A stretch of DNA of 64,000 nt from assembly GCA_963708015.1 (NCBI GenBank), contig OY970185.1, forward strand, positions 2,135,402 through 2,199,401. Reading direction: 5' to 3'. The translations under genes and the position numbers were made by a program. This DNA comes from an uncultured Chloroflexia bacterium (GTDB lineage Bacteria > Chloroflexota > Limnocylindria > Limnocylindrales > CSP1-4). This document shows, one piece after another, positions 18,080 to 27,169 of the stretch (within the stretch, counting starts at the first letter, position 1; each line of letters begins with the position of its first letter). The notes beneath the pieces are model-generated. The model was not told the DNA's origin, ran no database searches, and worked only from the letters and a program-made list of their open reading frames with translations.

Positions 18080-18643
18080 ATGAGCGCAGGCGTCATCGTC
18101 CTGATCATCATCATCGTGGTGATCGTCGGGTTCGTCGTCCTCATCTACAACGGGCTCGTCCAGCGCCGGCTCCGGGTCGACGAGGCGTTCTCACAGATCC
18201 AGGTCCAGCTGAAGCGCCGCTGGGACCTCATCCCGAACCTGGTCAACGCCGTGAAGGGCTACATGGACTTCGAGCAGGACGTCCTGACGAAGGTCACCGA
18301 TGCCCGGGCGAACGCGGTGGCCGCCGGCGCCCAGGGACCGGTCGCCCAGGCCCAGGCCGAGAACGCCCTGACCGGGACGCTCCGCTCGCTGTTCGCGACC
18401 GTCGAGAACTATCCGACCCTGAAGGCCAACGAGAACGTCCTCAGCCTGCAGGAGCAGCTGACGACGACCGAGAACCAGATTGGGTTTGCCCGCCAGCACT
18501 ACAACGCGACCGTGCTCGATTTCAACACCGGGATCGCCACGTTCCCGGCGGTCCTCCTGGCCGGTCCACTCGGCTTCACCAAGCGCGAGTTCTTCGAGGC
18601 CGAGGATGCGGCCCAGGCCGTGCCCCAGGTCGCGCTCCGCTAG
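18080..18643 (+). CDS. lemA: LemA family protein
   Basis: N-terminal TM then LemA signature (RRLRVDEAFSQIQVQLKRRWDLIPNLV, ENYPTLKANENV...); AAGGAG RBS upstream. Confidence 0.85.
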   Translation: MSAGVIVLIIIIVVIVGFVVLIYNGLVQRRLRVDEAFSQIQVQLKRRWDLIPNLVNAVKGYMDFEQDVLTKVTDARANAVAAGAQGPVAQAQAENALTGTLRSLFATVENYPTLKANENVLSLQEQLTTTENQIGFARQHYNATVLDFNTGIATFPAVLLAGPLGFTKREFFEAEDAAQAVPQVALR

Positions 18644-18683
18644 CCCGTAGCTCGGACGAGGCCGAACCCCAGTTCGGACCGAC

Positions 18684-19668
18684 ATGGCCGCGGCCACCTT
18701 CTACAGCGAGAAATCGGCCAACGTCAGGAACAGCGTGTTCCTGGTGCTGATCCTGCTCGTGATTTCTGGGTGCCCTGGGTGGGGCGATCGGCTACGCCCT
18801 GACCGGGTCCCAGGCCGGCGCCGTCGGGGCGATCCTGATCGCGGTCGTGATCGGCGGGATCACCTCGGTCGGCTCGTATCTCTACGGCGACAAGCTCGTC
18901 CTGGCCGCCTCGTCGGCCAAGCCGGTCAGCGAGGAGCAGGCCCCCCAGCTGTACAACGTGATCCGCGAGCTGACGATCGCGGCCGGGATCCCGATGCCGG
19001 CCGTGTACGTCATCCAGGACGACGCGATGAACGCCTTCGCCACCGGTCGCGATCCGAACCACTCGTCGATCGCGATCACGACCGGCCTGCTCAAGGTGAT
19101 GGACCGCGAGGAGCTCCAGGGCGTCCTGGGCCATGAGCTCTCGCACATCCGCAACTTCGACATTCGCTTCTCGCTCCTGGTCGGGGTTCTCGTCGGCAGC
19201 GTCGCCCTCCTCTCCGGATTCTTCCTGCGCTACACGTTCTGGTTCGGCGGCGGACGACGATCCAGCAACAGCAACGACGAGGGCGGGGGAGCCTTCCAGC
19301 TGATCATCTTCGCGATCGCGATTGTCCTGGCGATCCTCGCCCCGATCTTCACCAAGCTCGTCCAGCTCGCGGTGAGCCGCCAGCGCGAGTACCTGGCAGA
19401 CGCCTCGTCGGTCGAGCTGACTCGAAATCCCCACGGACTGGAGCGGGCGCTGGCCCAGCTGGCCGGCGACACGACGGTGATGAAGGAGGCCAACCCGGCC
19501 ACCCAACACATGTACTTCCACAACCCATTGATGAAGCTGAGCGCCAATCCCAGCAGCCTGTTCTCGACCCATCCGCCGCTGGTCGATCGGATCAACCGCC
19601 TGCGCCAGCTCACCGGCGAGGCTCCGCTTCCGCCGACCGAGGCGAGCTCGATCGGCTCGGCCAGCTAG
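18684..19668 (+). CDS. htpX: zinc metalloprotease HtpX homologue (M48), apparently frameshifted near N-terminus
   Basis: Catalytic body from GTG 18847 (HELSHIRNFD HExxH, C-terminal STHPPLVDRINRL). Conserved N-terminal TM (MAAATFYSEKSANVRNSVFLVLILLVI) sits in a different frame (18684-18762) and rejoins via a +1 shift at T-run 18763-18765. Confidence 0.7.
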
Positions 19669-20112
19669 GCGGGGCTGGCTCCGCCAGTGAAGGGAGCCGA
19701 GCCGGCCGTGGCCTGGCCCCTTGGTTGAGCAGCCCGCCGTCCACGGCACCCACCGAATCGACCCGGGCTGCTCGGGGCGCGTACCTATCGGCGCTTTCCG
19801 CTCAGGGCGCCATGATGGTCGCCCATCGGCCCGAAACGTGGCGCCTCGATCCCGGGTCCGCCCTCACGGCCTGGCAATCTCGCCCAAGAAGGGGTGCTGA
19901 TCGCCGATCGAACCGACAGTGGTGCGCTCCTGGGCGGCATTTGACGAGTCGGCTGCCGTGGGTCGGGTCGGAGGGTCCCGCGCACGGCCGCTCCGGTCCG
20001 CTGTCGGGGCCGGGCCGAGATCGTTGGGGGCACCGCCCTCGCCGGCCGTTCGGCGCCCGGGCCGTGGTATTCTTCGGCCCGCCGACCGGGCGGTCAGCCC
20101 GCTCAGGCACCT

Positions 20113-20188
20113 GCCGAGATAGCTCAGTTGGTAGAGCACGCGACTGAAAATCGCGGTGTCGCCAGTTCGATTCTGGCTCTCGGCACCA
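20113..20188 (+). tRNA. tRNA-Phe: tRNA-Phe (GAA)
   Basis: gccgagatagctcagttggtagagc..., loop ct-GAA-aa, CCA end. Confidence 0.9.
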
Positions 20189-20261
20189 GCCCCCTTGCCT
20201 GAGGGTTCTGCTAGCATCAGGCTGGCCCTGCGGGATCGAATGGCCCCGAAGTGGCACACGA

Positions 20262-20337
20262 GCGGAAGTGGCTCAGCTGGTAGAGCGCAACCTTGCCAAG
20301 GTTGAGGTCGCGGGTTCGAACCCCGTCTTCCGCTCCA
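20262..20337 (+). tRNA. tRNA-Gly: tRNA-Gly (GCC)
   Basis: gcggaagtggctcagctggtagagc..., loop tt-GCC-aa, CCA end. Confidence 0.9.
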
Positions 20338-20395
20338 TTCACCTTCTGGAAGCGCCCGGTCGGGCTCGACGGCATCCCGCCGGCGGCGTGACCGG

Positions 20396-20469
20396 TGCCC
20401 CTTCGTCCAGTGGTAGGACAGCGGACTTTGGATCCGTTAACCGAGGTTCGAATCCTCGAGGGGCAGCCA
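20396..20469 (+). tRNA. tRNA-Gln: tRNA-Gln (TTG)
   Basis: U1-A72 acceptor tgcccct/aggggca, loop ct-TTG-ga, T-loop TTCGAAT, CCA end. Confidence 0.85.
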
Positions 20470-20519
20470 CCCCGGGCAGCGTCCCGGATTGAGCCGGCCC
20501 CCTTCCGGCAACAGCTCGA

Positions 20520-20595
20520 GGCGACGTACCCAAGTGGTTAAGGGGGAGGTCTGCAAAACCTCTATGCATCGGTTCGAATCCGATCGTCGCCTCCA
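20520..20595 (+). tRNA. tRNA-Cys: tRNA-Cys (GCA)
   Basis: ggcgacgtacccaagtggttaagg..., loop ct-GCA-aa, CCA end. Confidence 0.85.
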
Positions 20596-20661
20596 TCTCC
20601 CCTCGGTGGCGTGCGACGCAACTGAGCGGGCGACCCGGAGCGGGCCGGCGATGATGGGCCG

Positions 20662-21867
20662 ATGAGCCACCCTGCCGAGCCCGCCACGTTCGATCCCGAA
20701 GCCCCGCTGCCCGGTCCGCCCGACCCGTGGCAGGGCGCCGACCAGCCGATCGATCGGGGCAGTCCGCCCTGGTTCATGACCGAGATGATCAGCGCCGAGC
20801 CGGCCTTTGCTGCCCGGCTCCTGGCCCGGCTGGCGACGAATGGTTCCGCCCAGCGGCTGGCCGATGCCCTTCGGGCGGCCTCGGCCGCCGGCGAGCCGGT
20901 CAGCGTGGTCGGTTGCGGGACAAGCGAGCATGGGGCGATCGGCGTCGCCGCGATCCTCGAGGACGCCTGGTCCGCGGCGGGCCTCGCCGGACCAGCTCCC
21001 GTTCCGGTCCAGGCGTTCGAGGCCAGCCTCGCCCCACGACCCGGCCTGTGCCTCGCGGTCAGCCATGATGGCGGGACCTGGGCGACAAGCCAGGCCCTCG
21101 CCGCCGCGCGCTCGGCCGGTGCCCGGACGGCCCTGATCACGGTCAGCGGGCGAGCCCCGGGAGCCCACGGCGTCGAGATCGTGGTTGAAACCGACGAACG
21201 CGACCAGAGCTACTGCCACACGATCGGCTATGTCTCGCCGCTCCTGGCCGCCACGGCCGTCGGGGCGGCCCTGACCGGGACACCGGTCGAGCCGACTGGT
21301 GTCCGAGGGCTCATGGCGGCCGGCCTCGGTCCGGACGCGACGGCCGCGGCCGAGGGGATCGCCCGGGGCCTTGCGGTCGCCCGGCCGATCCTGACGATCG
21401 GTTCGGGCGCGGATCGGGGTCCGGCCCGGGAGCTCGTCCTGAAGCTCGAGGAGGGGACCTGGATCCCGGCTGCCAGCCGGAACCTCGAGACCTTCGCTCA
21501 CGGCCATCTGCCCTCGACCGACTCCTCGACCGGGCTCGTCCTGCTCCTGACCGAGCGCCGGGCCCGGTCCGAGCGGGTGGCTCGCGCCGCCCAGGTCCTG
21601 GCCGCTGCCCGTGTCATCGGGATCCGGGCGGGGGCGATCCTCTCGGCCGAGGTCTCGGCAAGGATCGAGCCCGGCCTGACCCCGCTCGGCCGGATCGTCG
21701 TGCCCGAGGCCCCGGGTCTGCCGGCCCCGGTCGCCGCCCTCCTCGGGACGGCCACGCCGCTCCAGCTCCTGGTCGAACGGTTGGCCCGGCTGATCGGCAC
21801 GAACCCCGACCCGATCCGGCGGGGCGATCCCCGATACGCGGCGGCTGCCGCCCGGCTCGAGGGCTGA
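20662..21867 (+). CDS. SIS-domain sugar-phosphate isomerase/aminotransferase-like protein (GlmS C-terminal / AgaS-like, two SIS domains)
   Basis: VSVVGCGTSEHGAIGVAAIL and second SIS repeat (ILTIGSGADRGPARELVLKLEE). Confidence 0.6.
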   Translation: MSHPAEPATFDPEAPLPGPPDPWQGADQPIDRGSPPWFMTEMISAEPAFAARLLARLATNGSAQRLADALRAASAAGEPVSVVGCGTSEHGAIGVAAILEDAWSAAGLAGPAPVPVQAFEASLAPRPGLCLAVSHDGGTWATSQALAAARSAGARTALITVSGRAPGAHGVEIVVETDERDQSYCHTIGYVSPLLAATAVGAALTGTPVEPTGVRGLMAAGLGPDATAAAEGIARGLAVARPILTIGSGADRGPARELVLKLEEGTWIPAASRNLETFAHGHLPSTDSSTGLVLLLTERRARSERVARAAQVLAAARVIGIRAGAILSAEVSARIEPGLTPLGRIVVPEAPGLPAPVAALLGTATPLQLLVERLARLIGTNPDPIRRGDPRYAAAAARLEG

Positions 21868-21980
21868 GCCACCGGGCCGCTGTTCAGGACGCTGTCAGGC
21901 GGCTGGGTAATACTGTGCTGCCCACATCATGATTCGCCCTGCCCGCGGGCAGGGACTCGCCAGTTGTCCGGAGCGCTCGA

Positions 21981-23180
21981 TTGCCACCCCGCCAGACGCC
22001 GCCGCCAGGCACCCCCGCGCCACCCGATGAGCCGGAGGGCGAGCCCGATGACTACGGGTACGACGATGGACCGAGCCGGCGGACCGTCCGGGTCGTTGCC
22101 GTCCTGGCGATCGCCGCCCTGATCGTGGCCGGTGCAACCCTCGCGATCACCCTGCTCCGGCCTGCGGCTGCCGACACCGCCGACAGCTGCCGCTCGCTCG
22201 CCTGGGCCTCCCTGCCCAGTGCCTCGACCTTGCCGGCCGGCTGGTCGATGGCCGGCAGCGGCTTCTATTCCGACGGCTACAGCACGTCCGTCGTCGGCCC
22301 GGCGGCCAGCGGCGCGACGGATGTGCCCTCGATCTACGTCCGGCTCAACTGCGTCGGCGCCGACGATCACCTGGCCCTGACCCGCTCACACGATGCGGCC
22401 GCGGCTGCCGGATCCACGGACATCTCGTTCGAGAAGCTCGGCGATGAGTCCTTCGCCCAGCAGGATCCAACCGGCGGCACGACCGTCTACTTCCGCCGGA
22501 ACGGCGTCGTGGTCTATCTCGTGGCCTCGGCCACGGTCACCCCGGCCGACCTCCAGCAGTCCGCGACCGCGTTCGACCAGGCGATCGTCGTGGCGACGGC
22601 CTCGAACGGCTCGGGCGTGATCGCCGGGATCTCCTCGCCCGGGGTCAACCCGCCGGCGGCCTCGGCCGGCCCAGGGGCGGCTTCCAGCGCGGCCCCCAGC
22701 GCGGCCGGGCCATCGCCTACGCCGGCCCACGCCGTTCCCGCGCTCGAGGCGATCCTCCCCAAGTCGGTCAACGGGACGCCCTTCGCGACCCAGAGCCTGA
22801 CCGGGACCGATGCGCTCGGGAGCGACGCCGCGAGCACCTCCCTGGCCGCCTCGATCAAGGGCTTCGGCAAGACGCCGGCCGACTTCCAGGTCGCCGAGGC
22901 CTATGACAACAGCGGAACGGTGGCGGTCACGATCATCGGCTTCCGGGTCGTCGGGGTCGACGGGACGCCCGTTCGCCAGGCGATCATCCAGAGCTGGATG
23001 GCCGCCGCAGGCTCCGGCGTGACGACCTCGCCGGCCACGATCTCGGGCAAGTCGGTGATCAAGGTCGACTACGGCGATGGCGGTCCGCTCGACTACGTCT
23101 ACGTCCACGGCGAGGACGTGTTCGACGTGTCCACCGCCGACCCGACCCTCGCCGCGACGGTGCTCGGCCAGCTGCCCTGA
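21981..23180 (+). CDS. hypothetical membrane-anchored extracytoplasmic two-domain protein (Pro-rich cytoplasmic N-terminus, single TM, Pro/Ser/Ala linker)
   Basis: Hydropathy/composition only; no recognisable family. Confidence 0.5.
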   Translation: MPPRQTPPPGTPAPPDEPEGEPDDYGYDDGPSRRTVRVVAVLAIAALIVAGATLAITLLRPAAADTADSCRSLAWASLPSASTLPAGWSMAGSGFYSDGYSTSVVGPAASGATDVPSIYVRLNCVGADDHLALTRSHDAAAAAGSTDISFEKLGDESFAQQDPTGGTTVYFRRNGVVVYLVASATVTPADLQQSATAFDQAIVVATASNGSGVIAGISSPGVNPPAASAGPGAASSAAPSAAGPSPTPAHAVPALEAILPKSVNGTPFATQSLTGTDALGSDAASTSLAASIKGFGKTPADFQVAEAYDNSGTVAVTIIGFRVVGVDGTPVRQAIIQSWMAAAGSGVTTSPATISGKSVIKVDYGDGGPLDYVYVHGEDVFDVSTADPTLAATVLGQLP

Positions 23181-23232
23181 TCCCCGGCCAAGGGGCCGAG
23201 AGCGCCCGTCGGAGGCGCTACGCTTCAGGCAG

Positions 23233-23319
23233 GCCGAAGTGGCGGAACCGGCAGACGCGGCGGACTTAAAATCCGCTGCCCGCAAGGGCGTGTGGGTTCG
23301 ATCCCCACCTTCGGCACCA
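23233..23319 (+). tRNA. tRNA-Leu: tRNA-Leu (TAA), long variable arm
   Basis: gccgaagtggcggaa..., loop ct-TAA-aa, T-arm, CCA end. Confidence 0.85.
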
Positions 23320-23413
23320 ACAGACCGGGAACCGCAGCGGCCCTGGCTCCGTCCAGAGGCTCTCAAGCGGTTCCGACCGCGCGGCCAGTCTTCGCGACCG
23401 GAGGTCCAGGGTC

Positions 23414-24334
23414 ATGCGCCGAGCTCGATCGATCTGGTTCGCAGCCGCCCTCGCGCTCAGCGTGGGAGCCTGCACGACCGCGGCCGCGCCGGCGGGCTCG
23501 GTCGGCCCGTCCTCGGGCCCGGTTGCGTCCCCTGGCAGCCCTGGACCGGCCGGATCTCCGGGCGCCGCCGGCCCGAACGCTCTCGTCCTGCGGGTGAGCT
23601 ACGAGGGCGGCCTCGTCGCCCCGGACAGTCGCCGGACCCAGGTTCCGGCCGTGTCCGTCTACGCCGACGGCCGGATCATGACCGCCGGGGCCGTGCCGGC
23701 GATCTATCCCGGCCCGCTCATGACAACCCTCGTCTACCGCTCGGTCGGGCCTGACGGGGCGGCCAACATCCTGGCGGCTGCGGAGGCTGCGGGACTCACC
23801 GGCAAGGACGCGACCTATCCCTCGGGACCGGTCGAGGATCTGCCCTCGACGGTCATCACCGTGGTCCACGACGGCACGAAGACCGTCACCACGTTCGGCT
23901 CCCTGGGAGGGCCGGCCGGGCCGTCGATTTCCCCGGGCGATTCGGCCGGGCGGGTCGAGGCAGGGGCCGCCGACCTCGTGGGCAGGCTGATGGGCAACGA
24001 CACGTTCGGCGGCACGGTCGGGCCCGGGGGAACCTATCAGCCGCTCGGCTTCCAGCTGTTCGTGACCCCCGGCGCGCCCCAGTCCGACACGCCCGGCCTG
24101 GCCCGCCCGCCCGTTGCCTGGCCGCTGGCCACGCCCCTGGCGTCCTTCGGGCGGCCCGATCCGACCAGCACGACCGGCGGCCGGGTCGGACTGGTGACCG
24201 GGAGCGATGGGGCAACGCTCGGTCCGATCCTGGCCGGGGCGACCCAGCTGACCGGATTCACCTCGGGCGGGGCCGAATGGACGATCGCGGCGCGGCCGCT
24301 CCTGCCTGACGAGGTGACCGCTACGGGCGGATGA
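23414..24334 (+). CDS. hypothetical lipoprotein/secreted protein
   Basis: Signal peptide with lipobox-like LSVGAC, Gly/Pro-rich mature region; no family assignable. Confidence 0.5.
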   Translation: MRRARSIWFAAALALSVGACTTAAAPAGSVGPSSGPVASPGSPGPAGSPGAAGPNALVLRVSYEGGLVAPDSRRTQVPAVSVYADGRIMTAGAVPAIYPGPLMTTLVYRSVGPDGAANILAAAEAAGLTGKDATYPSGPVEDLPSTVITVVHDGTKTVTTFGSLGGPAGPSISPGDSAGRVEAGAADLVGRLMGNDTFGGTVGPGGTYQPLGFQLFVTPGAPQSDTPGLARPPVAWPLATPLASFGRPDPTSTTGGRVGLVTGSDGATLGPILAGATQLTGFTSGGAEWTIAARPLLPDEVTATGG

Positions 24335-24341
24335 TCGCGGG

Positions 24342-25349
24342 GTGATCGATCAGCTGCTCAGCCGGGTCGTCGGCGAATCGAACAGCCAGCAGGCCGCCAG
24401 GGTGATCCGCGGGGCCTGGCAGGCGCTGCTGCTGGGCTGGTTCGCCTGGCTGACCTGGCAGCGGATCGGCTATTTCGTCGCCCACGACTTCCCCCTCGGC
24501 ATCGACGCCCGGATCTACTACCGGGGGGTCGTCACCTGGCTGGCCGGGGGCAATCCCTGGACGGCCGGCGTGGACGTCCACGGCAGCGTCTACCACTACG
24601 CCGGCTCGCCGGTCACGACCGTCCTGCTGGCCCCGGCGGCCCTGGTCAGCGAAGACCTGTTCACGGCGATCTGGCTCGTCCTGTCGGCCGGCGCGATCGT
24701 GTGGACCCTGCACCGGGTCCACCTGCCACTCTGGTGGCTGCTCTTCCCGCCGATCAGCGAGGCCCTCTTTTCAGGCAACCCCCAGCTGGTCGTGCTGGCC
24801 CTGATCCTGACCAGCTCGTCCTGGCTGGCGGCGATCGGGACGGGGCTCAAGGTCTATGCCTTCATCCCGCTCGCGGGGGAGGGCCGCTGGCGGGCGATCG
24901 GGGTGGCCGTGATCCTGAACGCCGCGACGATCCTGGTCGCGCCGGGCCTCTGGTCGCTCTACCTGGCCGAATTCGGGCAGATCTCGACCCGTCTGCAATA
25001 CGAGTCGCTCGAGGGCTTCTCGGCGTTCTACATGCCGGCCCTGTTGCTCGTCGTGGTCGTGGCCCTGGCCGTCCTGGCCCTGCGCGACCGGCGCACAGCG
25101 GGCTGGCTGGCGGTCCCCGCAATCTGGCCGGCCAGCCAGCTCCATTACTCGACGATGGCCCTGCCGGTGATGACCCCGCTGCTGGCCTTCTTCCTGGCGA
25201 TTCCGATGCTCCGGCTGCCGCCCCTGATCATTGTGGTCGAGATCGTCCGGCGGCTCCTGGCCCCGACGGTCGTCGGCTGGGTCCGCCGCCGGGGCCTGCC
25301 CAGCGGGTTTGGCGAGGCCTCAGCGGCGCCGGCCGAACAGGCCACCTGA
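24342..25349 (+). CDS. polytopic membrane protein, DUF2029/GT87-like (possible lipid-linked glycosyltransferase)
   Basis: ~9 TM helices, conserved early acidic residues (AHDFPLGIDARIYY); family assignment tentative. Confidence 0.45.
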   Translation: MIDQLLSRVVGESNSQQAARVIRGAWQALLLGWFAWLTWQRIGYFVAHDFPLGIDARIYYRGVVTWLAGGNPWTAGVDVHGSVYHYAGSPVTTVLLAPAALVSEDLFTAIWLVLSAGAIVWTLHRVHLPLWWLLFPPISEALFSGNPQLVVLALILTSSSWLAAIGTGLKVYAFIPLAGEGRWRAIGVAVILNAATILVAPGLWSLYLAEFGQISTRLQYESLEGFSAFYMPALLLVVVVALAVLALRDRRTAGWLAVPAIWPASQLHYSTMALPVMTPLLAFFLAIPMLRLPPLIIVVEIVRRLLAPTVVGWVRRRGLPSGFGEASAAPAEQAT

Positions 25350-26549
25350 CTTGCGATCCTCGACCGGCGGCGGGCCGCCGACGAGGACCGGGGTGCCCTG
25401 CTCGTCGAAGGCGAGCGCCGCGATCTGGGCGAATCGCTCGGCGATCGCCGTCCGGGCCGCGCCCCGGACCAGGGGGATCCCCTCATTGACCGCCTTCTGG
25501 TAGAGGAACGGGTCGTAGGGCAGGTCGACCGCGATCTTCGCCCCCAAACCGTTCTCGACATCGCGCAGCTTCAGGATCTCGCGCGCGAACAGGTTGTTCA
25601 GGACGAAGCTCGTCTTCTCGACGATCGAGCCGATCTCGGTCAGGTAGTCGATCAGGACGTGGACCGCCTTGAGCGCGGCGATGTCGGGATAGATCGGGAT
25701 CACGACGCCTTCGGCCCGTTCCAGGACCGACATGCTCCGCTCGTCGAGGTACGAGCCGGCATCGACCACGACGTATTCGTAGGCGGCGCAGGTCGTGCTC
25801 AGGAGCTCCTCGACGTGGCTGACCGAGACGGTCTCGGCCAGCTCGGGCGAGCTCGGGGCGGCGAACACGGCCAGGCCGTAGCTGGTCATCGCCGCATACG
25901 AGCGGATCAGCTCGACGTCGCGCCGGGACTGATCGTCCCGGGCGAGGTCGGCGATCGTCTGCCTCGGCCGGACGTTCAGGTGGGTCGCGACCTGGCCGAA
26001 CTGGAGGTCGAGGTCGAGGATCGCGACCCGGCCCGGCCGGCGCTCGGCCATGACCGTGGCCAGGTTCGTGGCGAGGGTCGTCGTCCCGGCCCCGCCCTTC
26101 GGGCTGTAGACCGCGACCAGGGTCCTCGCCCGGCTCTGGCTTGTCTCCATGCTGCTCAGCGGGGTGAGCTCGCGCGAGGTGTTGAACCGGACCGACAGGG
26201 CTTCGACCCGCGCCTCGAGCTCGCGCCCGTCAAACGGCTTGGCGATCACGTCGTCGGCGCCGGCCTCCAGGAATCGGATCCGTTCCTCGACGTCGTCGGT
26301 CTGGGTGATGCACAGGACCGGGATCGAGGCCAGCTCGATCTTCGAGCGGAGCTCGCGGCAGACGTCCGCCGCGCTCGTCGCCGGGTCGGTCAGGTCGATG
26401 ATGACCAGGGTGTGCTCGGCCGCCGCGGCCACGACGGCCGACGCGTCCGCCATCACGGTGACCGTCGATCCACCGGTCGCGAGGGTCTTCTGGATCAGGG
26501 CAGCGCTCGGGGCGTCATGCTCGAGCAGGAGGATGGAACTGGCGGGCAC
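25320..26549 (-). CDS. response-regulator receiver domain fused to MinD/ParA-type ATPase (CpaE/TadZ-like)
   Basis: N-terminal REC (ILLLEHD...VIIDLTDP...ADDVIAKPF) then deviant Walker A SPKGGAGTTTLATNLA and ParA-like fold; converges on the upstream gene with 30-nt overlap. Confidence 0.75.
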   Translation of the reverse strand: MPASSILLLEHDAPSAALIQKTLATGGSTVTVMADASAVVAAAAEHTLVIIDLTDPATSAADVCRELRSKIELASIPVLCITQTDDVEERIRFLEAGADDVIAKPFDGRELEARVEALSVRFNTSRELTPLSSMETSQSRARTLVAVYSPKGGAGTTTLATNLATVMAERRPGRVAILDLDLQFGQVATHLNVRPRQTIADLARDDQSRRDVELIRSYAAMTSYGLAVFAAPSSPELAETVSVSHVEELLSTTCAAYEYVVVDAGSYLDERSMSVLERAEGVVIPIYPDIAALKAVHVLIDYLTEIGSIVEKTSFVLNNLFAREILKLRDVENGLGAKIAVDLPYDPFLYQKAVNEGIPLVRGAARTAIAERFAQIAALAFDEQGTPVLVGGPPPVEDRKSGGLFGRRR

Positions 26550-26712
26550 AGTCTCTCCGGGATGTCTGGACGTGGGTTCGCCTCAGGATACAACGGCCCG
26601 CCGGGTGGCCAACCGGGCGGCCCATGCTAGACTGGCGCCCTTGGCCCTTTCGGCTCCGCCCCGGCATGGCCGGCTCAGCGAGGGCATCCCCATAGGAAGG
26701 AGTTGCGCACGC

Positions 26713-27150
26713 GTGCGCCGATACGAACTGATGCTCGTCCTTCGGCCGGACCTGGCCGATGACAAGAGCCAGGCCCTGATCGACCGGATCACCCGCCAGA
26801 TCACGACGGCCGGCGGCCAGATTCTCAAGGTGGCCCCGTGGGGCCGTCGCCGGCTGGCCTACCCGATCGAGCGCTTCCGCGAGGGCTCGTACCACATCAT
26901 CCACTTCGAGGCCCCGGCCGAGTCGATCATCGAGCTCGAGCGCAGCCTGCTGATCACCGAGGAGCTGCTCCGTCACCTGGTCACCCGGGTCGAGCGGCCG
27001 GTCAAGTCGGCCCGGAGCGCCGATGCGGGCGACGGCCTGGGCGAGGATGAGGACCGGCTGCCGCCGGGCGAGGACGACGAATACGACGAGCCGCCGGGCG
27101 AGCTCATCGACGAATCCGAGAGCGAAGCCGCCCCGGCGGCGATCGACTGA
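26713..27150 (+). CDS. rpsF: 30S ribosomal protein S6 with acidic C-terminal tail
   Basis: MRRYELMLVLRPDLADDKSQALIDRI...; GTG start 10 nt after GGAAGGAG; only the last third of the track ORF 26149-27150 is real. Confidence 0.85.
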   Translation: MRRYELMLVLRPDLADDKSQALIDRITRQITTAGGQILKVAPWGRRRLAYPIERFREGSYHIIHFEAPAESIIELERSLLITEELLRHLVTRVERPVKSARSADAGDGLGEDEDRLPPGEDDEYDEPPGELIDESESEAAPAAID

Positions 27151-27169
27151 GAAGCCGGAGGACCGCGTC

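Noticed and set aside
19725-20259. ORFs of 131-151 aa in the region just upstream of and overlapping tRNA-Phe (both strands)
   Set aside because: Low-complexity; the minus-strand ones read through tRNA-Phe antisense (classic ESNW..DFQS artefact); no coding signal.
23233-23319. tRNA-Leu(TAA) as a prophage or integrative-element attachment site
   Set aside because: No integrase, excisionase, phage genes or duplicated tRNA 3' segment in the flanks.
26149-27150. 333-aa ORF ending with rpsF
   Set aside because: Only the last 146 codons (GTG 26713 after GGAAGGAG) are S6; the upstream part is antisense to the REC-ParA gene.
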